Shown: piece after piece, positions 10,688 to 19,310 of the stretch
Layout of the letters: every line of letters starts with the position of its first letter
Position numbering within the stretch: the stretch's first letter is position 1
Assembly: GCA_050257615.1 (NCBI GenBank)
Contig: JBLMXE010000103.1
Span: 1-28,279, forward strand
DNA: 28,279 bases
DNA from: Chlamydiota bacterium
GTDB taxonomy: Bacteria > Acidobacteriota > Terriglobia > Terriglobales > Acidobacteriaceae
Reading direction: 5' to 3'
Made by a program: the position numbers and the translations under genes
Notes under the pieces: generated by a model
Databases searched by the model: none
Told to the model about the DNA's origin: nothing
What the model saw: only the letters and a program-made list of their open reading frames with translations

Positions 10688-10785
10688 CACATCATCCGCT
10701 ACCTTGATCCTCAGCTGACAACTGTAGAATGGCAGTGAGCCGCGTCACATCTATTAGCCCGTTGCCGCGCGGGAATATGAGGTTC

Positions 10786-11019
10786 TCACCACTGGATCTG
10801 CAGGAGCGAAACCGCCTGGCGCGGGAGGGTCAGAGAAAGCTCAGTTTTTCCGCCCGCGAAATTGACCCAGTACGGCGAGTCGAAGAGTTGTAACTGTCCG
10901 GCCGCCACCAGGGCGGAGTACTGTTTCGCAGTGGGTGTTTGCGGCGATCCCATTTGCTGCCAAAGGGTGCACGCGTCGCTGTGAGTCTGGTCAATTCCAG
11001 AGTGCGTCAGCAGCGCCCG
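10786..11019 (-). pseudogene. 3' remnant of a GH39 beta-xylosidase-like gene
   Basis: Not in the ORF track. My minus-strand translation is RALLTHSGIDQTHSDACTLWQQMGSPQTPTAKQYSALVAAGQLQLFDSPYWVNFAGGKTELSLTLPRQAVSLLQIQW*, matching the GH39 C-terminal pattern (HYRID..HSN..T.W..MGSPQ.P...QY..L..AGQL...LPRQAVSLL...W). In-frame TAA at 11022-11020 and no start codon. Confidence 0.8.
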
Positions 11020-11169
11020 TTAGATCGTCGCCGGCGCGCCAACAGCACCACCACACTCCGCCAACGCGAGTCGTGAAAGGACAGCTGGGGTCGGCACCAA
11101 CCTCCATCTCTTCTCCAAGTGTGTGCCCGGGTTGTAGCGCTCTCGCAACCGGGTGCCCCGGCAAGGTTG

Positions 11170-11200
11170 AGTAAACGATTACTGCAACCCGGAGTATAAT
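11170..11200 (+). promoter_or_regulatory. -10 box and LacI-type operator upstream of GH127
   Basis: Perfect TATAAT at 11195-11200. AGTAAACGATTACT (11170-11183) is a 14-bp palindrome with a central CG and one mismatch, at the position of the -35 element. Confidence 0.6.
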
Positions 11201-11253
11201 CCTGCCACCCGCTCCACAGGCCACAGTTGCGCGCGGCGGGACAGGAGGCAGAC

Positions 11254-13338
11254 ATGGGCAAGAAACTCACTATTTCGCGCCGGCAGTTTGTGTCTTCGGC
11301 CCTTTCCGCGGCCGCGGTTTCTTCCTTAGCCGTCCCAAAAGTCTTCAGCGAAACCGCTGCCCGCGCTTTTCCCTCCGCCTCTGCCGGCGGCGCGACGCCT
11401 CCAGTTTCACTCTTCCAGACTCCGGACTGGAAAAATCAGGCCATCGAAAGCCTCACCCGCTCTCCTTACGCCAAACTGCACCAGGTACCGGTGCGCGCCG
11501 TCACCATCAAAAGCGGTTTCTGGGCCCAGCGGCGCGAGACCAACGTCAGCAAAAGCATTCCCACCATGCACGACCTGCTCGAAGCCCACGGCCGCATGAA
11601 CAACTTCCGCCGCCTGGCAGGGAAGAGCAGCGCGCCTCAGATCGGGCCGGTGTTTTCCGATTCAGACGTGTACAAGTGGACGGAGGCGGTGGGATTCGCG
11701 CTCCAGTCCGGCGATTCGCCCGCCCTGCGCGCTCTCTCTGAGAAGGTGATCAGTGAAATCGTCGCCGTGCAGGAGCCCAGCGGCTATTTGAATACTTATT
11801 TTGTCGGCGACCGGGCTCCGCTGCGCATGTTGCCGGAGACCCAGGCCACTGGCCATGAGCTCTACTGCCTTGGCCACATGCTCCAGAGCGCTATCGCCTA
11901 TTACCGCGCCACCGGCGAGCGCACCCTGCTCGATGCCGGCATCCGCTTCGTGGACGGCTTTCTCCTGCCCAACTACGGACCCGCCCCCAAGAAGCCCATC
12001 GTCTCCGGTCATCCCGAAATTGAGATGTCCTTGATCGAGCTCTATCGCCTTACCGGCGACAAGCGCCAGCTCGACTTGGCGGGATACATCCTGCGCGGCG
12101 ACGACCGCCTGAAGTTCCCGGAGCGCCGCACCATTTACATGTTCAGCGGCACGCCCTTTACCGCCCGCACCCACCTGGAAGGACATGCGGTGCGCGCCAT
12201 GTATGCCTGCTGCGGCGCTACCGACTACTACATGGAGACTGGCGACCCCACTTACTGGAAGACTCTGAACATGCTCTGGAACGATCTGGTCACCGCCAAG
12301 ATGTACATCAGCGGCGGCGTGGGGGCGCGCTCCGACGGGGAAGCCTTCGGTGACGCCTATGAATTGCCCAACGCCCGCGCCTACGGCGAGAGTTGCGCCG
12401 CCATCGGCAACATGATGTGGAACTGGCGCATGCTTTCGTCCACGGGCGACGCCAAGTTCACCGACGTGATGGAACGCGCGCTCTACAACGGCATCAATTC
12501 CGGCATGTCGCTGAATGGAACCATGTATTGCTACAGGAACCCCCTGGCCTTCGATCCTTCCACCGGCGACAAGATCCGCAATCCCTGGTACGACGTAACC
12601 TGTTGCCCGCCCAATCTGGAGCGTACCTTCGCCTCGCTGCCCGGATATTTCTACAGCACCAGCAGCGACGGCATTTACCTCCATTTCTTCGATAATTCCG
12701 AACTCGACTGGCATTTGGAAAACGGAACGCCGCTCAAGATCGCTCAGAAAACTAATTATCCCTGGGAGGGCGAGATTGAGATTTCAGTTTCGCCGGCCAC
12801 ACCCGCGGACTTCACCTTCTACCTGCGCATTCCGGGCTGGGCAGATGATGCCAAGGCTGCGGTAAACGGCAAGCCGCTCGCGGGAGTGACGCCGGGCCAG
12901 TATCTGCCCATTCGCCGCCGCTGGATGGCGGGGGATGTAATTCGCCTGCAATTGGCCATGCCCACGCACGTGCTCCAGGCCAACCCGCGCATTGCCGAGG
13001 ACACCGGGCGTGTTGCCGTGCAGCGCGGGCCACTTCTTTACTGCATGGAGGAGTTGGACCAGCCCAGCGACGTGAGCCTGGCTGATGTGGCTCTCAATTT
13101 GGGAGCGGAGCCGGGTGCGGATTTCCACGGCCAATATGAGAGCCAGCTTCTCGATGGCGTGCTTGTGCTCCGGCACGGCGGCATGGCCTACGAGGAGAGC
13201 GTCTCGCGGCTCTATTCGCGTTACACCGGGCAGGCGACCAGCACCCGCCGTATTCCTCTGTCATTTATTCCTTACTACGCGTGGGCCAACCGGGAGCCCA
13301 CGGCGATGCAGGTCTGGACACGCCTGTACAAGGCTTGA
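11254..13338 (+). CDS. GH127 beta-L-arabinofuranosidase-family protein, Tat-exported
   Basis: AGGAGG RBS before ATG 11254. Twin-arginine SRRQFV. Family motifs DSDVYKW, GHELY, GHPEIE, GHAVR, GEAFG, ESCAAIG and TCCPPN (Zn/Cys catalytic set), and FIPYYAWANR. Confidence 0.93.
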   Translation: MGKKLTISRRQFVSSALSAAAVSSLAVPKVFSETAARAFPSASAGGATPPVSLFQTPDWKNQAIESLTRSPYAKLHQVPVRAVTIKSGFWAQRRETNVSKSIPTMHDLLEAHGRMNNFRRLAGKSSAPQIGPVFSDSDVYKWTEAVGFALQSGDSPALRALSEKVISEIVAVQEPSGYLNTYFVGDRAPLRMLPETQATGHELYCLGHMLQSAIAYYRATGERTLLDAGIRFVDGFLLPNYGPAPKKPIVSGHPEIEMSLIELYRLTGDKRQLDLAGYILRGDDRLKFPERRTIYMFSGTPFTARTHLEGHAVRAMYACCGATDYYMETGDPTYWKTLNMLWNDLVTAKMYISGGVGARSDGEAFGDAYELPNARAYGESCAAIGNMMWNWRMLSSTGDAKFTDVMERALYNGINSGMSLNGTMYCYRNPLAFDPSTGDKIRNPWYDVTCCPPNLERTFASLPGYFYSTSSDGIYLHFFDNSELDWHLENGTPLKIAQKTNYPWEGEIEISVSPATPADFTFYLRIPGWADDAKAAVNGKPLAGVTPGQYLPIRRRWMAGDVIRLQLAMPTHVLQANPRIAEDTGRVAVQRGPLLYCMEELDQPSDVSLADVALNLGAEPGADFHGQYESQLLDGVLVLRHGGMAYEESVSRLYSRYTGQATSTRRIPLSFIPYYAWANREPTAMQVWTRLYKA

Positions 13339-13370
13339 TGCGGGCAGCGCGATCAAAAACATTGGCCTCG

Positions 13371-13584
13371 CACAACTACTACATCGTAATGGCCAGTTTA
13401 AACTCGCCCATGGCCGAGCATTTCCCCTTCGTGGACGTGGAACTGGGCAACGAACTGTTCTGGTACATCTTTGAGGGCGAGCCCAAGGTAAAGGACGGAC
13501 ACGTCGAACTCGACGAGAGCACCCCCGCCCTGGGGCTGACCATACAATGAGCTGGAGCTCGAAAATTTCACCGTGATCGAATAG
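13371..13584 (+). pseudogene. 3' remnant of an enolase-superfamily sugar-acid dehydratase (mandelate racemase / L-rhamnonate dehydratase-like)
   Basis: HNYYIVMASLNSPMAEHFPFVDVELGNELFWYIFEGEPKVKDGHVELDESTPALGLTI resembles the C-terminus of this family. Removing one base near 13544 restores INELELENFTVIE* ending at TAG 13584, 8 nt before the next gene. The N-terminal majority is absent. Confidence 0.75.
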
Positions 13585-13592
13585 TTAGAAAA

Positions 13593-14597
13593 ATGGCCAC
13601 ACGACTGATTCAGCTGAAGAAAGGTCTGGTTCGCCGCGTAGCGCTGGTGGAGGAGCCGCACCTTCGCTTGCTGGGCGGCTGTTTTTCCATTTACGAATTG
13701 GCCGGCGGCGCCATTTCCGCCGGTCTGGCGCTGAGCCAGGCAGCGCGGCAGCGGGCCACCTCTGACGCCCTGGAATACGGTCCTGTATACGAAGCGCGCT
13801 CGGAGTGGCGCATCTTGCCGGCCATTGATCACCCCGACGAGCCCAGCCGGTGTTTGCTTTCCGGCACCGGCCTGACTCACCTGGGGAGCGCCCGCAATCG
13901 CCAGTCCATGCACGAGGTCCGCCCCGAAGACCTGACCGACAGCATGAAGATTTTCCACTGGGGCGTGGAACGCGGCCGCCCGGCTCCGGGCTGCATTGGC
14001 GTGCCTCCGGAATGGTTCTATAAGGGGACGGGCACCGCCCTGCGCGCCCACGGTGACCCCCTGGACATTCCTTCCTTTGCGGAGGACGGCGGGGAAGAGG
14101 CCGAAATCGCCGGCGTGTACCTGGTCGGCCCGGATGGCCGCCCCTATCGGCTGGGAATGGCAGCGGGCAATGAGTTCGCCGATCACCAGTTCGAGAAGAA
14201 GAACTACCTTAATCTCGCGAGCTCCAAGCTTCGCACCTGCTCGCTGGGCCCCGAACTGGTAGTGGATGGGGAATTCCAATCACTCAAGGTAGACGTGAAG
14301 ATCGAGCGCGATGGCCGCGTGCTTTGGTCCAAGGCCTTCCGCAGCGGCGAGGTTGAAATGTGCCATAGCCTGCAGAACATCGAGCATCACCATTTCAAGT
14401 TCGCTGCCCATCGCCGCCCCGGAGATGTGCATGTTCACTTCTTTGGCACCGATTGCCTCAGCTTCAGTGACGGTGTGCGCCTGCAGCAGGGCGATGTGAT
14501 GGAAATCGCAGCCGAAGGTTTTGGCCGCCCTCTGCGCAACCTGGTCCACGTTTGTTCCTCGGCGGAAACGTTGATCAGCGTAATTCCTTTAAAGTGA
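13593..14597 (+). CDS. AraD1/GguC-type fumarylacetoacetate-hydrolase-superfamily protein
   Basis: SGTGLTHLGSA, PEWFYKG, EDGGEEAEIAG, GNEFADH..EKKNY, SKLR.CS.GPEL, MCHSLQNIEHHHFK and GDVHVHFFGT..LSF match this family. Confidence 0.85.
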   Translation: MATRLIQLKKGLVRRVALVEEPHLRLLGGCFSIYELAGGAISAGLALSQAARQRATSDALEYGPVYEARSEWRILPAIDHPDEPSRCLLSGTGLTHLGSARNRQSMHEVRPEDLTDSMKIFHWGVERGRPAPGCIGVPPEWFYKGTGTALRAHGDPLDIPSFAEDGGEEAEIAGVYLVGPDGRPYRLGMAAGNEFADHQFEKKNYLNLASSKLRTCSLGPELVVDGEFQSLKVDVKIERDGRVLWSKAFRSGEVEMCHSLQNIEHHHFKFAAHRRPGDVHVHFFGTDCLSFSDGVRLQQGDVMEIAAEGFGRPLRNLVHVCSSAETLISVIPLK

Positions 14598-14605
14598 GCG
14601 AAGTC

Positions 14606-15478
14606 ATGTCAAAGCCACACACAGCGATCCTGGGACTCGGCATCATGGGCAGTGGAATGGCCAGCCGGCTCCTTTCTCTCAGTTTTCCCGTCACCGTTTA
14701 CAACCGCAGCCAGGCGAAGGCTGCCCCGCTGGTGAGCGCGGGCGCGCGGCTGGCGAACTCGCCGCGGGAGGCGGCTTCGAACGCCGCCATCGTGATCAGC
14801 ATGGTGGCGGATGACCGTGCTTCGCGCGACGTATGGCTGGGCCCGGACGGGGCGCTGGCCGGAGCCCGCGCCGGCTCTGTACTGATCGAATCCAGCACGG
14901 TTAGTGTAGGGTGGGTGAAGGAGTTGGCGGCTGCGGCCGCCGAGGCGGGCTGCAAATTTCTAGACGCTCCTGTAACTGGCACCAAGCCCCACGCGGCCGC
15001 GGGCGAGCTGGTTTTTCTGGTCGGCGGGACTGCCGAGGCTCTCGACGCCGCGCGTCCGGTGCTTTCCGTCCTCGGCCGCAGTGTGATTCATCTCGGGCCG
15101 CAAGGCAGCGGCGCCCTGATGAAACTGATCAACAACTTTGTATGCGGGGTGCAGGCAGCATCCTTTGCCGAGGCCGCGCGCATGATTGATGAGGCCGGTT
15201 TCGATCGCCAGAAGGCATTTTCTATCCTCACCGAGGGCGCTCCCGGCAGCGGCATCGTCAAGCGCATGGCAAGCCGCGTCCTGGCCAATGATTTTGAACC
15301 CAACTTTGTGCTGCGTCTTATGGCCAAGGACCTGAGTTATGCGCTGCAGGCGGCAGAGGCCAGAGGCAGCCACCTTCAGACGGCTGGCCCGGCGCTGGAG
15401 ATATTTCAGCAAGCCATTGCCGCGGGCTACGGCGAGGAAGATTTTTCCGCCGTCACCAAGGGCGGGAAACGCAGGTAA
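14606..15478 (+). CDS. NAD(P)-dependent beta-hydroxyacid dehydrogenase (3-hydroxyisobutyrate / tartronate semialdehyde reductase family)
   Basis: GLGIMGSGMA Rossmann motif, DAPVTG, GSGALMKLINN (catalytic Lys) and LMAKDL. Start reassigned to ATG 14606. Confidence 0.9.
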   Translation: MSKPHTAILGLGIMGSGMASRLLSLSFPVTVYNRSQAKAAPLVSAGARLANSPREAASNAAIVISMVADDRASRDVWLGPDGALAGARAGSVLIESSTVSVGWVKELAAAAAEAGCKFLDAPVTGTKPHAAAGELVFLVGGTAEALDAARPVLSVLGRSVIHLGPQGSGALMKLINNFVCGVQAASFAEAARMIDEAGFDRQKAFSILTEGAPGSGIVKRMASRVLANDFEPNFVLRLMAKDLSYALQAAEARGSHLQTAGPALEIFQQAIAAGYGEEDFSAVTKGGKRR

Positions 15479-15510
15479 AAATATCAGCCTGTTCTGGACG
15501 TAAAACGGTC

Positions 15511-15548
15511 GCCGGATAGCTGTGACCGTAGTGGCCGAGCTATCCGGC
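15511..15548. terminator. hairpin between convergent genes (probable bidirectional terminator or REP-like palindrome)
   Basis: Perfect 11-bp arms GCCGGATAGCT/AGCTATCCGGC with a 16-nt loop. Confidence 0.55.
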
Positions 15549-15590
15549 AGCCTTCTTCTGCGACACAATCCGCGGAAGCGGAGAGCCGGC

Positions 15591-16973
15591 TTACGGCATG
15601 CCGATCTTGCCCGCGACCAGCTTGTAGCTGCCCGCATCCAGGAACAGCAGGCCGCGTACCCGCACCGTGCGGCCGTTGTTCACCATGACGCCGTCGCTCA
15701 GTTCCGTTCCCGCCTGCTGAAACACGGTCACCGTGTTGCTTCCCGTCAGCAGAGCGAAAGCGGAGTTTGCCGGCAGTGTGAGCACGAACTGCGCCTGCTG
15801 GCCGCTTTGCGCGTAGGCGGAGACTGTGCCCACCAGCGCCTGAGAGCGCAGTTTGACCTGGCTGGCCGTCACCGTTCCGTTGCTGGCGGTGGTGTCATCC
15901 GCCTCAACGCCCTGGCCCTTGCTCAGGGTAGTGGCGTCGAAAACCGGCGTGAACGGCAGATTGCTCAGGTCCACGTTGTCGGAATTCATGCCGAAGGTCG
16001 TGGTCGAGGTAATGCTGACGGTCAGCGGGCTGCCCAGCGGCGGAGCCATGGGGCTGGAGGCGGCTTCATCCTGCACCACCATGCTGAACAGCGTGGCCGG
16101 CGAGCCGCTTACTTGCGTCACCAGGCCTTCGGCTTCCAGGCCGTCGGTGCTGTCCACTTCCACCTCCACGCTTTTCGCCAGCAGGGAATTGTCCGGCTGG
16201 GTGACCGCGTTCACCTGGACGATCATGCCCTTGGTGAGCGCGCTCAGGCTGCCCATACCGTCGAACTGGGTGCTGCTGTTCACGGCGAAGGTCAGCTGCT
16301 GCGAGTTCTGCAGGGTGGAAATGCTGAACGAGTTGGCAGAAACGCTGACCACGGCGCCCGCCATGTCCTCAATCTCGCCGTCATCTTCATGCTGCGCGTC
16401 CTCCGCCGCGACGGTCGCGGTAGCCACGGTGAACGAGGGCGTGACGGAAACATTGTTGCTGGCGTCAATGGAAACCGAGTTCGCCAGGTTGAAGTCAAAG
16501 TTGATGGAGGTGACCCCATTGCCCAGGGTCAGCGCCGGGTTAAAGGTGATGGTGGCCGTGTTGCTGGCGAGCGTCGCATTCTTCTCCATCAGCTGGCCGG
16601 TAGCCGGGTTGATGAATGTTGCCTCCGGGGAAGCCACCGTGATCACCGCCGAGCTGTAAGTTCCCTGTGGAATGTTGCTCAGCGCCAGCGGCTCCATGGT
16701 CCCCGCCAAGTGCGCCAGCTCGATTTCCGCCGGTGAAGGCAGAACCGAGACGGAGTTGCCGTTGCTGTCGGTGAGCACAACGGAGTTCACCGTGATTTCA
16801 AAGGCCACCACATTGTCGGCGGGAGCGTCGTGCAGCTTGATCTGAACCGCGGACAGAGGCTGCACCGTCTGTGACGAGCCTCCGCCGCACCCTGCCGCGG
16901 CCAGCAGCAGCCCGGCCGCAAAAATCGGCGCCAGGATGCGAACCCAAAACTTTACTTTCCTGTCATGAAACAT
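15591..16973 (-). CDS. DUF4382/DUF5666-type lipoprotein
   Basis: AAGGGAGG RBS before ATG 16973. Lipobox LAAAGC-GGGSS, N-terminal IKLHDAPADNVVAFEITVNSV (DUF4382-like), and repeated small beta domains (EIEDMAGAVVSV..; EAEGLVTQV..; QALVGTVSA..RVRG) resembling DUF5666. Confidence 0.8.
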   Translation of the reverse strand: MFHDRKVKFWVRILAPIFAAGLLLAAAGCGGGSSQTVQPLSAVQIKLHDAPADNVVAFEITVNSVVLTDSNGNSVSVLPSPAEIELAHLAGTMEPLALSNIPQGTYSSAVITVASPEATFINPATGQLMEKNATLASNTATITFNPALTLGNGVTSINFDFNLANSVSIDASNNVSVTPSFTVATATVAAEDAQHEDDGEIEDMAGAVVSVSANSFSISTLQNSQQLTFAVNSSTQFDGMGSLSALTKGMIVQVNAVTQPDNSLLAKSVEVEVDSTDGLEAEGLVTQVSGSPATLFSMVVQDEAASSPMAPPLGSPLTVSITSTTTFGMNSDNVDLSNLPFTPVFDATTLSKGQGVEADDTTASNGTVTASQVKLRSQALVGTVSAYAQSGQQAQFVLTLPANSAFALLTGSNTVTVFQQAGTELSDGVMVNNGRTVRVRGLLFLDAGSYKLVAGKIGMP

Positions 16974-16986
16974 TCGTCTTCCTCCC

Positions 16987-17298
16987 TTAGTTGCTACCAC
17001 CAGCACCTGAAGCAAGAATGCAGTGAACCAATTTTCGGCCACGAATGATGGCGGCTGCCAGCGGCCGGTCCTCCCAATCTTTCTGCGGCCGAACCTCCTG
17101 CCTGGGCGCCGAGAGACAGGCCGCTAATGCACCCATCCGCAGCCGGCAAGCCTGCGACATGCCGCCGCCCCGCGGATTGCTGAGCAGAATCATGCACCGG
17201 CGGCAACGCTGCGCGTGCTCGTTGACCAGAGCGCGGAAAAGCGCGTAACGGTCCTGCCGCAGGTTCAATAGTCCCGAGATGGGCTCGCAAGCCGTCAT
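16987..17298 (-). CDS. small protein with a ZAS/zf-HC2-like C-x23-H-x3-C-x2-C motif
   Basis: MTACEPISGLLNLRQDRYALFRALVNEHAQRCRRC. Its ATG overlaps the upstream ORF's TGA (ATGA), and its TAA runs into the lipoprotein RBS. Confidence 0.45.
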   Translation of the reverse strand: MTACEPISGLLNLRQDRYALFRALVNEHAQRCRRCMILLSNPRGGGMSQACRLRMGALAACLSAPRQEVRPQKDWEDRPLAAAIIRGRKLVHCILASGAGGSN

Positions 17299-17501
17299 CC
17301 TCTTGTTTCCCGCGGCAGTTGCCGAGTCCCTTCGGCTGGATCCCGAAGCGCCCGCGTTCCTTCAATGTCTGTGCTTGCCCTCTCTGCTACGCCCGCAACA
17401 TGGCAGCGGCATACGCAGTGATAGGTGGCCAACTCCACCAGGCATTCCTTGTGTCTGCCTCGGCCACAAGGCTCGAACAATCTCAGTGTCAGAAAGCTCA
17501 T
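17295..17501 (-). CDS. 68-aa Cys/His-rich protein (C-x4-H-x2-C-x8-C-x-C-x-C-H)
   Basis: MSFLTLRLFEPCGRGRHKECLVELATYHCVCRCH... with a GGGGGA RBS 7 nt before ATG 17501 and an ATGA overlap with the next ORF. Confidence 0.45.
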   Translation of the reverse strand: MSFLTLRLFEPCGRGRHKECLVELATYHCVCRCHVAGVAERASTDIEGTRALRDPAEGTRQLPRETRG

Positions 17502-17828
17502 GTTCGTATCCCCCGATGCAGTGGTCATCGTCTGCCTGCCTCTTAAGACCAGGCTCACAGTCCTGCGATTACGTCACGCGCTCTCGGGGGATACTTTCCC
17601 TTAGGCATTCGCACTGCCAACTGTGCAGATTGAAAATGCAGGTTTTAGGATCGGCGCCAGTTTCGGAGCTGGGTCATTCGGACCCACCGCTGAGTCGCGA
17701 TGGACCGGCGAGCCTCGCTCCACCACGCCGGCTCACCTCGGCGCGCCCGGCGCGCCCCGCGGGTACAGGTACTTTCGACCAAATGAGGTTAGCAGCGGGA
17801 ATGCTACATTTCTGCAACGACCACCAAC

Positions 17829-19247
17829 ATGCAAAACTGGGTTGTTACCAAAGTTGGGCTGGGAATCATGTGTCTGGCTGTTGCCAGCGCAGCGTTTGGC
17901 GAAGCGGACCCGCCTGCGCAGGCTTTGGCCCAAGCCCGCGCTGCCCTGGCCCAGCGGCACAGCGCCGAAGCGGTTCATATCTTGCAGGAGGCACTACGCC
18001 GTGAACCTCAAAACCCAGATCTCGAAACCGAGCTGGGCAAGGCCTACGTCCTCGAAGGCAGGGACAGACGCGCCCTGCGGCTATTTCGCGACGTGTTGCG
18101 CCGCGATCCCTCCAACCGCGAGGCCAAGCTGGAATTAGCCCGCGGACTGGGGCGGCAACATGATTTCAAGACTTCCGACCAGCTCTATGAGGAATTGCTC
18201 GACCCCAACGCCGGCGACGAGGCCGCATCCCTGGGATACATCCATAATCTGCTGGCACAGAACCAGACGCTGGAAGCCCGCCACGAGCTGAATCGGGCCC
18301 TTGCCCTCCACCCCAACAGCCTGGAACTGCAGCGATATAAGGACGAGCTTGATGCGGGAGAAGTGAAGCTCAACGAACAACCGTGGCATCTGGTCCGGAA
18401 TCGAGTACAGGCTGGCGCGGAGTATTTCAGTGATTCCGCCGGCAACCGCTCCTTTGCATCTTCGCAATCGCTCCAGTATCAGGTTCTTCCCCAGCTCTCC
18501 AATAGCCTGCGCATGGAGGAGCGTTCGCTGTGGCAAAGCGGCGTAGTGCCCGCCCACATGCTCACCGCCAGCAGCGGGCTGGGCTGGCAGTTCACCCCCT
18601 TGTTGGCCGTTTATGCGGAGGGCGGCGCCGTGCGCTTTGCCGATCAGCGCAGCCGCGCCCTGTACAACGGAGAATTGCGCCTGCATCCCCTGCCCAGCCT
18701 GCTGATGGCGGCAGGATTTTCACGATATACGGTTGTTCCCACGGTGCAGGCTGCGGAACTGGATCTGCTGGCCGAAGGCTGGCATGCCGGCCTGGATTGG
18801 CGGCCCGGCTCGTGGCAGATGCGGGCCAGTTGGGCGCTGCCTCACTATTCCGATGGCAACCGCGGCGAGCGCGAACAGGCCGAGGTAATTCGCTGGATCG
18901 GCAATTCCTATTTCGCTATCGGCCCCGGCTACCGCTTCTGCCACCTGCACTTCGTAGAGGACCCGAACCACGGCTACTTCAGCCCCGCCAGTTACCAGAG
19001 CCATCTCGCGCTGGCGGGACTGCGGTATCGCGCGACCAAACGTTTTCGGGCGGAATACGTGCTCGGCGCGGGCGCGGAAACGAGCGTGGCCGGGCTGTAT
19101 CAGGTCGCCTGGGAGGCGACATTTAAAAACGAGTTGTTGCTGCGGCGCTGGGAGCTGGGAGCGGACTACTCCTATTTCCATCTGGCTCAGCTGACGGGAG
19201 CATTTCGCGCCAACGTTGCGTATCTCACGCTGGCATATCGCTTCTGA
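17829..19247 (+). CDS. TPR-repeat plus outer-membrane beta-barrel protein
   Basis: Signal peptide, TPR helices (ALRREPQNPDLETELGKAY, LRRDPSNREAKLELARGL, ALALHPNSLEL), then amphipathic beta strands with GYFSP and a C-terminal YLTLAYRF barrel signature. Confidence 0.8.
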   Translation: MQNWVVTKVGLGIMCLAVASAAFGEADPPAQALAQARAALAQRHSAEAVHILQEALRREPQNPDLETELGKAYVLEGRDRRALRLFRDVLRRDPSNREAKLELARGLGRQHDFKTSDQLYEELLDPNAGDEAASLGYIHNLLAQNQTLEARHELNRALALHPNSLELQRYKDELDAGEVKLNEQPWHLVRNRVQAGAEYFSDSAGNRSFASSQSLQYQVLPQLSNSLRMEERSLWQSGVVPAHMLTASSGLGWQFTPLLAVYAEGGAVRFADQRSRALYNGELRLHPLPSLLMAAGFSRYTVVPTVQAAELDLLAEGWHAGLDWRPGSWQMRASWALPHYSDGNRGEREQAEVIRWIGNSYFAIGPGYRFCHLHFVEDPNHGYFSPASYQSHLALAGLRYRATKRFRAEYVLGAGAETSVAGLYQVAWEATFKNELLLRRWELGADYSYFHLAQLTGAFRANVAYLTLAYRF

Positions 19248-19310
19248 AATGAACGGAGAGCGGGTCGTGACAAGGGAATGCGTTGCGAAATCGTGGTGGA
19301 GGAACCAGTG

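Noticed and set aside
10704-10730. TTGATC...TAGAAT promoter-like pair on the plus strand
   Set aside because: The spacer is only 15 nt and no plus-strand gene follows nearby.
8747-10738. 663-aa plus-strand ORF
   Set aside because: Antisense shadow of the histidine kinase. It has no recognisable domain, and long shadow ORFs are expected in GC-rich coding DNA.
10860-10996. Long-range inverted repeat AATTGACC(C)AG...CTGGTCAATT suggesting an ncRNA or MITE
   Set aside because: The whole stretch translates on the minus strand as a GH39 C-terminus, which explains it better. The pairing is short and imperfect.
11662-14279. 350-aa and 293-aa minus-strand ORFs
   Set aside because: Antisense shadows of the GH127 and AraD1-like genes.
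15522-16736. 404-aa and 268-aa plus-strand ORFs
   Set aside because: Antisense to the lipoprotein gene, which has a clear RBS, lipobox and domain repeats.
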